Assembly (NCBI RefSeq): GCF_006345805.1
Contig: NC_042998.1
Coordinates: forward strand, 60,884,001 to 60,948,000
DNA: 64,000 nt
From: Octopus sinensis
Lineage: Eukaryota
Reading direction: 5' to 3'
Made by a program: the position numbers and the translations under genes. The notes below the pieces were generated by a model, which was not told where the DNA came from, made no database searches, and saw nothing but the letters and a program-made list of their open reading frames with translations. Below, one piece after another: positions 51,864 through 64,000 of the stretch; position 1 is the stretch's first letter; the number at the start of each line of letters is the position of its first letter.

Positions 51864-51901
<38 letters not shown>

Positions 51902-51990
51902 GAGTGAGAGAGAGAGGTGAATGTGTGTAATTGTGTGTATATATACGTATTGAATGTGTCTATGTATGTATGTATGTATGTATGTATGTA
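51000..51990. repeat. Near-identical tandem duplication of an ~480-500-bp unit bounded by (TATG)n
   Basis: The unique segment tactgactacatc... occurs at 51077 and 51556. Confidence 0.92.
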
Positions 51991-52539
51991 TATATAAGTC
52001 CCCTAAACCCACTGGCGAAATTACATCCGTTTCTATTAAAATTTCGTTGTCAGTTTTACCACTGCGATCCATTTACTAAGAGATCAGTTTACATGGAAAT
52101 TACACAGAATCCCAGTCGACATCTAAGATTTCTCTTTGCTCCTGTCGTCACGTTTGTATATTCATAACCAGAGTATGGCAGTGATAAGATTCTACGTGAA
52201 ATTCTGTCACAACAAATTTCTGAGTTAATGATTCAACTTAATGACTAGATACCAATCTTATTATTTGGCAGCCACTATAGAGACCTTAAGAAGGTGAATA
52301 TTTTATTAAGAGAAATCATATTTTGTAATGACCTTAGTTTCTTAAAATAAAACCGAACTTCTATGAACTGCTAATATATTATATCAGTGATTGTGAAGTA
52401 GCCGTTGTAAAGAAATGGATCTCCGTCATATAGAGTTATGAGTTTTCAGATGTCCGATTCGCTGAACTGCTTTTTGATTGAAGTAGCGCGTAAGTAGCTA
52501 AGTATTTCACAGATATTTTTTATCTTAATCTTTATCTGT

Positions 52540-52935
52540 TATCTTACTTGTTACAGTTATTGGACTGCGGTCATGGTAGGGCACTGGCTTGAGGAGTTTA
52601 GTCGAAAAAATTGGCCTCAGTACTTAATGTTTTAAGTGTGGTACTTATATATTTATTCTATGGGACTCTTCTGCGGAATCGGAAAATTATGTAGACGTAA
52701 GCAAAACAACACCGGTTTTCAAGCGGTGATGGGGGATGGCACAAAACTACACAGACACACACACATGGAGGCACAAGCACGCGCACACACATACGACTGG
52801 CTTCCATACAGTTTCCGACAACTAAGTTCTCTCAAAAGGTATTGGTCAACCCACAGCTATAGTAAAAGACACTTGCCCAAGGTGCCGCACAGTGGAACTG
52901 AACCTAAAACCACTTGTTTGCGAAATGAACTATGT
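52540..52935 (-). mobile_element. Diverged SINE family A copy
   Basis: gacacttgcccaaggtgccgcacagtggaactgaacc and tail blocks. Confidence 0.75.
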
Positions 52936-53289
52936 ATCCTCAATATAATTTTCAGACAGAATATGTATAACACTGTGTAACGAAGCTAATTCTTTAAGTT
53001 ACATGTACACTCCATACGACAGGGCTTTCGTGACATTTTCCGTCTTCCCAGTATCACTTACAAGGCATGGGCTGATCAAAGGTTATGATAAAAGAGATTT
53101 GCCCAAGATGTGACGTTCTGCTATTGAAATCGGAGCCTCGTAACTGTGAAGCGAGATTCTTAACCATTCAGATCCAAGAATTTGTGATAGTTAGAGAATT
53201 CGGGCAAGTTATATTAAGATAAAGAACTATCAAGAGATGTGGTACGTAAAAAAACAAAAAATCGACACAAAATTTCATGTATTGTTATT

Positions 53290-53510
53290 TAGTAAGGCGG
53301 TGAGCTGGCAGAATCGTTAGCACGTCGGGCAATATGCTTCACAGTTTTTCTTCTGTCTTTACGTTCTAAGTTCAAGTTCCGCCGAGGTTGACTTTGCCTT
53401 TCATCTTTTCGAAGTAGATAAAATAAGTATCAGTTGAGCATTGGGGTCGATGGAATTTACTGGCCCCATTTCCCCAAATTCCTGGCCTTGTGCCAAAATT
53501 TGAAAACATT
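53290..53510 (+). mobile_element. SINE family B copy
   Basis: taaggcggtgagctggcagaatcgttagc...aagttcaagttcc...ggccttgtgccaaaattt. Confidence 0.85.
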
Positions 53511-54018
53511 ATTTAGTCCAGGCAGAAAGGGCAGTGATTATCACCTTCTGTAAAGGACCTTCGAGACAGGTTGGAAAAGGGAGCAGCAAACCAGGACTCA
53601 TAAGGTCTAAATATTTACAACGGATTGAACTAAAGGCACATAAAGACGAGGTGGTGATTATTAATCGGACGAAGGATTAAGTCTACTGGTACAAGCCCAT
53701 CCACAAACTTTCTGTTTTCTCAATTTCCCTTAAAGTTTCTTGGGCTTCTCTGGGGCTATAAGGTCATTTGCTCGACCTAACGCACTGTTGGACCGAACCC
53801 AGAACTACGTGGTTGCGAAGTAAACTCCTTAACTCTTAAGGCATGTCTATGCACATCGTAAATATTAATAGATAAATATAAATAGGGGGTCAATATAAAT
53901 TAATGTTATATTTAATGCAGGGAACATTAAAAAGAATAATTAAAATTAAATATGTAGGGACTAAAAAAATCAAAAAGAAAACGATAGAGACACTGACTAA
54001 CATTTTCTTTTTCTGGCA

Positions 54019-54061
54019 AGTACGGACAAGTTGCGGTTTGAATAAACCTCCTCAGTGAAGC
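54019..54061 (-). ncRNA. Degenerate type I hammerhead motif
   Basis: CTGAGGA-GGTTT attc AAACC-GCAA-CTTG-TC: intact CUGANGA, 5-bp stem II, A13>C, stem III ACTTGT (near ACTAGT), stem I eroded. Confidence 0.55.
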
Positions 54062-56078
54062 ATATCACTAGCTATAATTGCTGACGTTTCCTGTGTGCCG
54101 ATCTAAGGGATGTTGACGATAGCATTGTGTATTGTCATGACCTGCGCATGAATTAGATTTTAAGAGAGGAGAGCTGCATTACATTAACCTCGCTCTTTTC
54201 CTCTGACTTGCCTTTATCCGGAGGCAAGACGATCAAACAGATGAGTGAATAACAATGCAATACTGTCTCGTCGTCCTCTTAGTTTGGTCACAACACTTGA
54301 TTAACCTGTCCTCTGACCGCTGAATCCCATTGTCCTTATCGTCTGCTAACCTCGTTGGAAATCCGTCTCAACATGCTTGAGTCGATATGCTATGCATGCC
54401 AAAATAGTAATTACTGATTACTATTTGCTACGTAAACATATAAGGTTGTATGTCTATTGGTGCAAAGAAGTAGAATTACTTAGAAATTAAATATTAAATA
54501 TTAATTCTTAACGCAACATTGAATTTCATTTCACAATTATTTTTGCTTCTCAACCAAAACGCTCGTCTCATATTTTTTGAAAAAAAAATCGTTTTCGTAA
54601 AAGTTAATCATTATGCAAGTTATGCTGCAGAGATTAAAAATGGTGATATGGTGAATTATTTTTAGAGTTTACTTGATTGTTTCTACAGTAACTGATACAA
54701 AAGAAAAAAATTCAATAAACTGTTGTTTAGATGTTTCTTTCTGCTAATTCAGCTAACTATATTGATTTCAGAAAGCTACATATTTGCAAGGGAGAGATAC
54801 AGTTGATTAAATTGTCCCTTATACTTTACTCATTATTAATTTATTAACCTCGGTAGACTGATAATTAAACTCAACTCAAGAGGAATTTTACTTCCAAAAC
54901 TAAAATGACTTAACTAAATATCGCTAAGAATGCAGTCTCATACCTTTTCTGTCCTCAGTATGATTGTATATTTTATCTACAGAGCTCCCAAGTTCCGTCC
55001 TAATATCGTTTGTTATATTACATGAACATCTTGTATAGTCTACACTTAAGTACTCAATGTTGTTATGACGGGAAAGCGATGAAATTGTGATGAAGCGAAA
55101 ATCATTAATGCAGATACTAAAGACAAATGCAATTGCACAGCACTTCATCCTCATCTTCCTTGTCGTCCACCATCTTCTCTTACACCCACAATTAAATAAT
55201 TATTTCTGATATAGACGCGACGGAAGAAATTTGTGTGTAGAGGATTAATTGATTAACACGATTTCATTATTTAACTGGTATTTCATTTTACCGGGCCTGG
55301 AAGGATAAAAGACAAGTTGTACTCAGTGGTATTTAAACGCAGCCTAAAGAAATTACACAAAGCATTTTTATCTGTTGCACTAACAATCTAACAGCTGTGC
55401 CTCAAAAATACAAAATACAAAATACCGCCAACATTTTGCCTGTTGTACACCAAAAAAAGTAGTTAATGTAAAGCTAAGATAATGGATACTTTTAACAAAA
55501 CATTTCGTTTTGGTCATTGTGTGAGTGATTGCGAGTGTGTGTGTGTGTGTGTGCGCGTGTATGTGTGTGTGTGTGCGCGTGTATGTCTGTGTATGCGTGT
55601 GTGATATATATATATATATATATGGAGAGAGAGAGAGCGAGGAAGAAATGGATAGAGAGTATGTGTGTGTATGCATGCACGTATGTATGTATGTGCGGAT
55701 GTTTGTGTGAAATTGTACATGAGTGTATTCAGTATTAATTGTTAAAGATAGTTCTAGATTTCTTTGTTCAACAATTTTGTAAAACATATCTTCCAGCAAT
55801 TCAATGATTTTTTTTTCCTCACTCGTTTTAATTCTTCCTTTCTGATATTTTATTTTGATGCAAAAAGAAGCAAAAAGAAAACAACAGCTTTCATAGTTTT
55901 GATTCTCCATTTTTTTTTTCATATCGTTGGATTTCAAATAGAAAAAAAAATATTCTTGCATTTAGAAACTAATAGCTAAGTAAAACTTATAAACGGACGC
56001 GACTGAAGCCATTTACTAACAGACAACATGATGATGATGATGATATGATGATGATGATGATGATGATAATAATAACAA

Positions 56079-56159
<81 letters not shown>

Positions 56160-56235
56160 TATCGCTTATCCTTCACTCGCCCCAGGACACTAGGTGTGTC
56201 TCGGCATGCGATTGTGACAAAGATGCAGATTGAAA

Positions 56236-56289
<54 letters not shown>

Positions 56290-56291
<2 letters not shown>

Positions 56292-57357
56292 TCTGCTCAA
56301 TACCATGTTATCATGTACATTGTTTTGTCTTGGTATAAAAGATGGGCTACAGCAAATATTCTGCTCAATACCACAGATTTGCTTGTCAGTTGTTTGACCT
56401 TAACCAGTTGAGCATGTCCCTTAGTGGCTGACGATATGTGCATCTCTGATCACGAGCAGAAGTAGTGGGGGAGCATCATAGCCATGTGTTGAGAGGGATT
56501 CTTTGGGGTTTGAATAATTCATCTCTGGAAACATGGGTGTTTCGTTCAACGTCCTTGGACAGCCCTTATTCAGGGACCTTTTGAGCGGGATGGGTTACTC
56601 GATCTGAAGAAAATTCTAACTGGGCTCCACCTGCAAGGTCATGTGCTGTTTATCTTGATATGAGATCACCATGTTGCGCACATATGGTTGTGATGCATGT
56701 GCCTGGTGTGCCCTTATCGGACGGGTAGTCATGATGGGTATACTGGGCTTCGTATATTTTAGCCCAGTGTCACTTTGATGGTATGCTCTGCTCGCTCACT
56801 CAATAATAATAATAATAATAATAAATGCCCTGATACAGTACCAGACAGTGGCTCTCATAGCTTCTGATCTTAACTGATTGGAAGTGTTATTATGTACATT
56901 GTTTTGTCTTGGTATGGGCTACAGCAAATATTGTGCTTAATGCCACAGATTTACTTGTCAGTTGTTTGACCTTAACCAGTTGACCATGTCCCTTAGTGGC
57001 TGACTATATGTGCATCTCTGATCATGAGCAGGAGTAATGGGGGAGCATCATAGCCGTGTGTTGAAAGGAATTCTTAGAGGTTTGGATAATGAGTGGTTCG
57101 TTCAACATCCTTAAACGATCCTTATTCAAGGACCTTTTGAGCGGGATGGGCTACTCAACCAGAAGAAAGTTCTAACTGGGCCCCACCTGCAAGGTCATGC
57201 GCTGTTTATCTTGATATGAGATCACCATGTCGCGTACATATGGTTGTGATGCATGTGCCTGGTGTGCTCTTATCAGACGGGTAGTCATGATGGGTATATT
57301 GGGTTTCGTATATTTTACCCCTGTGCCACTTTGATGGCATGCACTGCTCTCTCACTC

Positions 57358-57358
<1 letters not shown>
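56290..57358 (+). mobile_element. Two tandem copies of the ~540-bp (AAT)n-tailed repeat
   Basis: Partial copy 56290-56800 and full copy 56822-57358, separated and flanked by (AAT)n; homologous to 20560-21105. Confidence 0.88.
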
Positions 57359-57399
<41 letters not shown>

Positions 57400-57402
<3 letters not shown>

Positions 57403-57750
57403 GAAGCAAAGATAATAGATGTTGCAATACCAAGCGATTCTAGGGTGAAATGTAAGGAAACAGAAAAGAGGGAGAAATACCAGTCACTGCAGGACGAGAT
57501 AGGAAAGTTATGGGGCATGAGGAAAGTAATAGTGATTCTGGTGGTAATTGAAGCATTAGGAGCAGTGTGAAAAAGCTTTGAGAAACATATTAAGAATATT
57601 GGAGCTGCTGTCAGGCTTGAAGTGATCTAGAAAACAGCATTGTTGGGTACAGCTCGCAATCGAAGGAGAGTATTGTCTGAAACTTTTAGTGATTTGTTAT
57701 TGCCCGCTTTCAAGTAAAGAACAACCGCAAATAGAACAGCGAGAATCAAA
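57400..57750 (+). mobile_element. Short 3' fragment of Dong/R4-like LINE in (AAT)n
   Basis: AKIIDVAIPSDSRVKCKETEKREKYQSL...KTALLGTAR; microsatellite on both sides. Confidence 0.8.
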
Positions 57751-57964
57751 ACAACAACAACAACAACAATAATAATAATAATAATCCTTTCTATTATAGG
57801 CACAATGCCTGAAATTTTGGGGGAGGGGTAAGTCGATTACACTAACCTCAGTAACTGGTACTTATTTCATCGACTCTAAAAAGATGAACGACAAAGATGA
57901 CCTCGATGGAACTTGAACTCAGAACGTAAGGACAGACGAAATACAGCTAAGCATTTTGCCCGGC

Positions 57965-58620
57965 GTGAAGAAATGGAGAGAAAAATCATTCTAAGGCTAA
58001 TATCTTGCAAGGCTTGGCAAAGTAAAAGCCAACAATGACTCAAAAGCTCTGGACTAAACGGAAAGACTGATTCTCGCTGCACAAGACTAATGCCTGACTA
58101 CAAACAATAATAAAAGCAAAATAATGAAAACAGGCCCTAGCACCAAATACAGAATGTATAACCAGCACAATGAAACAGTTGGCCACACCATCTCTGGCTA
58201 TCCAGTCCTTGCCAAATCTGAAAGCAACTATATCCACTAGACAATATGCTAACACTACAACATAAAAAAAAAGACTGACAGCAAATGGTATAAACATGTG
58301 CCAAACAAAGTACATGACAACGACCAGGCAACAATCATTCGAGATATGCCTGTTCAAACTGATAAAGAAATAAAAGCTAATCGCCCAGACATAATAATCT
58401 GGGAAAAAACACCTGCTTACTGATGGACATTCCAGTCTCGTATAACCAAAATATTGCCTAAAAAGAAGCGAAGAAATTGTCAAAATACTAAGACCTCGAA
58501 ATTGAAGTATACAAAATATAGGATATGAAGGTGAAAAGAATACCAGTAATAATTGGAGTATTGGTCATGATAAAAAATATATGGACAAAAACGTAGAAAC
58601 TTTACCTAAATCCTCACCAT
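57965..58620 (+). mobile_element. Old Dong/R4-like LINE fragment
   Basis: ILAAQD, NETVGHTISG.PVLAK, DMPVQTDKEIKANRPDII with many stops. Confidence 0.75.
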
Positions 58621-58629
58621 TACACACTA

Positions 58630-59074
58630 TATATTAGTCGATTACATCGACCCCAGTGTTTCACTGGTACTTATTTTATCGACACGAAAGGATGAAAGGC
58701 AAAGTCGACAGACGAAATGCTGCTAAGTATTTCCTCTGGCGTGTTAACGATTCTGTCAGCTCGCTACCCTTGATTTCAAATTTTGGCACAAGGTCAGCAA
58801 GTGCGGGGGAGGGTATAAGTCGAGTAACAACCCTGAAACATGTCTGCAGATGTCTGACTAGCAAGGTGAAGCGGCTGACCTCCCCTGTTCGAAGGTTGTA
58901 ATGGACGCAGGTTCGTGTGTCAAATAGCTAGCTAGAGGCGATGGCCTCTTGGAGCTAATCAGCGACAGCTTTAGTCTTATTTATAGACTGCCATATTAGT
59001 ATGGCGATAACTATTAATACCCAGTAACGCTGCCGTAATCTCCTTTAGAGAGACTTAGTAATTTTAATATTTCT

Positions 59075-59136
<62 letters not shown>

Positions 59137-59900
59137 TCAAGATCATGATGATTTCTTTAGTAGCCACAAGAGCATAATAATAATCTATTTTACTAAAGGC
59201 ACAAGGCAAGAAATTTTGGGGGATGGGACTAGTCGATTGCATCGACCCCAGTGTTTCACTGGTACTTAATTTATCGACTCCGAAAGGAGGACAAGTAAAG
59301 TCGACTTCGACAAAATTTGAACTCAGAACGTAAAGACGAATGAAATGCCGCTAAGCATTTTACCGGGCGTAATTCTGATTGTGTCTAACATTGGCACAAG
59401 CCTTGAAATTTGTGGGATGGAATTAAGTGATACTAATGGCCCTAATTCAGATCGAAAAGAACTGTAACGAAATAAATCAAAACCTATCAAGGGGGAATCG
59501 CCCTTAAAGTAACAGTTTCTTACAAAAGTATGAAGGCGTGGAATTTGGGGTAGAGTAACAGTTGATGATATCGACTCCATTATGTGACTGGTATTTTATT
59601 TTATAGACTTCTAATGAAGTGAGTTTTGACGGACTTGAGCTCAGATCGTAGACATATGCCACAAAATCCAACGCTCTGACAATTCTCCAGATCTGACGCT
59701 CTCACTGATAATAATGATAAAATCTAAGATAGACACAAAACCAAGCATTTAATGACAACATAGTCAGTTGTATCATCATTGGTGCTTGACTGTTACTGGT
59801 TTTATTGAACAGGAAGTATTGTTTCTGACTCAACCACAAAGCCATCAACTTTGAGGGGCAGATGAGAAGTCGATATCATCGACTTCTGTACTTTGATTCA
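58630..59900 (-). mobile_element. Cluster of diverged SINE family B copies
   Basis: Family B blocks at about 58630, 58770, 59190, 59370, 59530 and 59830. Confidence 0.65.
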
Positions 59901-61412
59901 ACACATATTCCCTGTTTGCTCAAACTCTTTGCGCTCCGAGTTGAAATGCCACAAAAGTCATCTTTTTGGCGGGTTGTGGGGAAGGCTACAAAAAGGTATC
60001 AATCCAAGGTGATGGATTGATGGAAATGTTAAAAGGTTCGAGAGGATGTCTTGGGGTATTTGTTCTGGCTTTTAGCATCCTGAATTGAAATCCAACCATG
60101 ACCTACTTGGGTGGTTGACTTAACTCACAGCTCAGTTTAAAATCACCTGGCACCTTAGGTGCCTTTAGCGGAATTCAGTATTGCAAATATCCGGAGCAGT
60201 GTTCCGATTTGAGCTTAATTTCCTCTCTCTCGCTAGCATCGAAGGCTATGTAACAATCAACAGACTTTGCTTTTCCTCTTGACTAAATTTGAGATAGGTC
60301 TTAGATTAATCTTCACTCAAGGAATATGCTCACAGACATAAATACACACAAGCACATGCATATAGATATACACATGCGTGTTACAGACTATTTAACACGA
60401 TAATCTTTTCCACAACAGAATTATTAATCACATTGAAAACATACTTATTGCACAAGCTAGAACCAATAGATTTCTTCTGTCAGACCAAAGCATTTCCCAA
60501 AGACTCATATACGTACCACTATTATTTATCAAACAAAACAAGACTAAGCTCTCTTTTAGCAACCAACTATTTATAAATTCTGCTCGCATGTGGAAGTGTA
60601 TCCACTAAACACATTATATATTTCCCTTAATCTTTTGTTCCAGAATTCCGAATCTCTCTGAAATTTTAAACCGTTGCTTATTTATAGTTAACCTGGAAAC
60701 TCAACATCAATCATACAGTTTTATCGATCCTTAAAAGTTTTTCCATCCTTTACATTTTTGGATTTAAAATCAAAATATTGAAAAATTTGGAACAATTTTT
60801 TATCGATATATACTACAAGAACAGGGTAAACAGATTTCAAATTCGATTTGAACTGAGAATGAACTTTACTGTCAAATTTGACGTTAAAAATATGAAAATA
60901 TTGATAATTTTTCAAAATGTTTTAAAACTATAAAAATGTAAATAGTTCAAGATATTAATTAACTGTTTATTCATATGCTTCTATCTTCCTATTTTAAACA
61001 GGTAGACGCCTCTTGTTCACTTCTTTTTCCGAAAAAGACAAAAACTGAAAACTCCATGAACGTGTACAATATTTCAAGATGGAGACTGGCTATGACTGCG
61101 GCACCGGTTGAGATTCACGTGTATTGACATTAGCCCAAATGTCGGTATAAAACTATAACGTCATATAAAAAGATCAAAGATCGATACTAGAACAGTTTAT
61201 TTTTAGGGATAGGGGCGATAAGCACATCACTTTGGAACTTAATAATATATTTATACCTTAACGACGCTCGGTGAACTGAGTTGTTATAGTCAGTTCAGTG
61301 ACTAGAAGGTTAAATAAAAATTCTGCGTAGAGAATATGATATATTGTCTGACCTATAAGTTGTTTACTGAATGTCATGGTTATGTGTGTATGTATAATAT
61401 ATATATATATAT

Positions 61413-61501
<89 letters not shown>

Positions 61502-63072
61502 CACACGATATATATATATATCTTGTAAGTCACAACCTCTCTAATATGCCATGAAAGTATTTGTAACCAAGTGATAAAGTTCTTCCGTTGAAATTTCACG
61601 TTACTATGTATAAAAGAGTGTGTATGTAACCAAATATATTTGTATACTTACACACACACACACGTATATTGTCTCATGTGTACCAGAGGAAATTCAATAT
61701 CTTATGGTGATGATGCATTTGGTTACCCAAGAGATGCAATGGCGTTTGACAGTTCATTTGTACTTTACTTCTATTAAAGAAAAATCTACGATACGGATAC
61801 CAATACATGAATACAAACCTGCTACATTAGTCACTTACTTGAAATAATCTTTTCGTTTCAATTTATCAGTAATGTGATTTTTGCCGCCATCTTAATAGAT
61901 AGTTGAATAAATAAAACAGCTATAGGATTCGCATGTTTCTATGCGTATTGTTAGCACTGTTAATTTTAAATAAACAAAAAGCTACATGTTTGTTTAAGAA
62001 GCTTCATTGTGAGGGCAAAAAGTAGCTTATTCCGCTCATTTAGATTATGTTCCTCGGAAAATCGAATTTCAATGTCAGCAACTCTTCGTTTAGCTAACTA
62101 ACAAATAAGACAAACAAAGAGAAGGATAGTCTTTCATCAAATCTATGTGATGGTAATACAGCAAGTATATTTTTGTTGTTTGTTCTTTTATTTTCAAAAA
62201 CATTTCCTGGAAACATTTGATGTTTAATTATTTGCGTCTAATCATATGAAAATAATCTATTTCTATTGATTTCGAATATACAATATTGTACAATATACAA
62301 AGCTTCGTATTTTCTTTCAAATCAAATAAAGACATATATTAGAAACAACAAAATCATCCCACTGACAACCACTACGATTGTTCATTGCCCGCATCCTCAC
62401 CTTCATTGTGTCTTGGTCTAGACAAATAGCTTTCGATACCTTAGTTCGTAAATGTTAATTGTATCTTGGTTTTAGGTGCAGTAGAAGTCAAGAGAATGAT
62501 AGGATTAACGAATTATTGATTTCAAATTTCCCATAGAATATTTGAAATTTATAACGGACAACTCCAAATTATCGTTTCAATTAGAGTTAAATTTGGTAGG
62601 AATACCTATCATTCGATCTATTACGACAGTTTCAAGAGTACAAAACAGTAGAAAATGTCAAAAACAAGAATTCACATTCTTATATTCAATTGGAAGACCA
62701 AAGATTAAGATTTTCACTATAAATAAGATGTACCTTAGTGTTGATTTGACCCAGGTCAGCTCTGATTAAGTAGACCTCTAATCAAATGAAAATGTGGCTG
62801 TTATTTCTGACAGATCAAGTAACCACTTAGTGTTTCTTATATTGACTGAAAACCTGTAGTGGTGTTTGTTGTAAAATAACCTTATTATATTATTACGTTA
62901 ACATGGCTTGAGAAGTTACAAGAATCAAAAGCGCTATATGTATATCCATTCTTAATACATTCCTTAATACATTCCAATGAACTTTTGCTGCTGAATTTCG
63001 TCTCGGAGAACGACTTCTCCCTAGATGCAGTATGTGTAAACAACACACTCGCTCCAAGTGACTTCAGTAGAG

Positions 63073-63117
63073 TATCAGACACCGGTGTTTCGGCGTGATT
63101 TCGCCTCCTCGGTCATA
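63073..63117 (-). ncRNA. Type I hammerhead motif, one core substitution
   Basis: TATGA-CCGAGGA-GGCG aaatca CGCC-GAAA-CACCGGTG-TC-TGATA: U4>C, 4-bp stem II, 10-nt palindrome ACACCGGTGT, GUC site (C at 63078), stem I 4 of 5 pairs. Confidence 0.75.
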
Positions 63118-63515
63118 GACACCACTTTGGAACTAGAAGGGAGTTACTACGTCTGTCTACAGACACCAGCAAACCAAACACTTGCTCATGCGTGAAAAGA
63201 CTTGACAAGTGATAGTAAATTTTTATGGGTAAGAAAAACATAGGGAATTAAAATATCAATGTGTACATCCTTTCTTAGTATGTTTCTCCACAGTTTGGTT
63301 GAATACATCGTCGAAGAAATTCTAAATTCCAGTCAAAACGAACTTCATAATAAATTTGACTCTATTCTCCATACTGAGTCTCCCTACACGTAACACCTCT
63401 CTTATTAAGCTTGCTTAAACAATAATAACCATAATTTAGCATACAAACACATGTGCACATACATGCATATGTATGTGTGTGTAAATATGTATATGTGTAT
63501 GTATATACAGAAAGT

Positions 63516-63547
<32 letters not shown>

Positions 63548-63574
63548 AAGAGAGGGTGATCGTAGTAATGCGCC

Positions 63575-63845
63575 ATAAGAACATTCTTGTGTCTTCTCTG
63601 TTAAGACGAGAGTGGGATCATCTGACCAATGTAAAGAAGGCAACGTGACCTCGTGAATACCACCGGCGATTTTTTTCCTCTGTCCTCCCGTCTCAGGATC
63701 TTTCCTTTTCCTATGTTTCCGTCGAAGAGCTCCGCTCGAAACGTCAAACCCTCCTTCTTCCCTTCTTTCCTGAGCGTCCAATAATACTTTATTTGTTCCA
63801 CATCCTTGCGTTGTTGTCTTTTTGTTTTCTTGTTTGGATTAACTT
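63575..63845 (+). mobile_element. Solo PLE-type terminal fragment carrying a degenerate hammerhead (63715-63749)
   Basis: GTTT-CCGTCGA-A-GAGC tcc GCTC-GAAA-CG-TC-AAAC followed by a pyrimidine-rich tail. Confidence 0.6.
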
Positions 63846-63852
63846 CATATAT

Positions 63853-64000
63853 AGGAGTGGCTGTGTGGTAAGTAGCTTGCTAACCAACCACATGGTTCCG
63901 GGTTCAGTCCCACTGCGTGGCACCTTGGGCAAGTGTCCTATGCTATAGCCCCGGGCCGACCAATGCCTTGTGAGTGGATTTGGTAGACGGAAACTGAAAG
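63853..64000 (+). mobile_element. SINE family A head running off the window edge
   Basis: ggagtggctgtgtggtaagtagcttgc...gggttcagtcccactgcgtggcaccttgggcaagtg. Confidence 0.9.

Noticed and set aside
61240-61310. 8-bp hairpin TGAACTGA/TCAGTTCA considered as hammerhead stem II
   Set aside because: Neither CUGANGA nor GAAA is present in the right positions.

Overview
This is AT-rich, microsatellite-dense animal DNA. The SINE and LINE families suggest an octopod cephalopod (inference). Only one cellular protein-coding exon is convincing: a neuropeptide KY (NKY) precursor on the minus strand (34914-35270). The rest is mostly transposon-derived: Penelope-like elements (PLEs), Dong/R4-type RLE LINEs in (TAA)n tracts, CR1-like, RTE-like and L1/Tx1-like fragments, an internally deleted Gypsy LTR element with an intact target-site duplication (TSD), two mariner relics, a Chapaev-like transposase, a non-autonomous Helitron and several tRNA-derived SINE families. 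Three hidden structures stand out. (1) At least seven type I hammerhead-ribozyme motifs from about six unrelated families occur, all with palindromic or near-palindromic stem III. Two have a perfect catalytic core and sit at the outer ends of a 4.6-kb PLE with about 1-kb inverted arms. (2) A 2.24-kb ORF1-only (HAL1-like) retroelement is delimited by a perfect 16-bp TSD inside a SINE. (3) A compensatory 3' stem-loop links the commonest SINE to the CR1-like LINE. Most ORFs in the supplied track are microsatellite or antisense artefacts. All family assignments come from motif recognition, not database searches.
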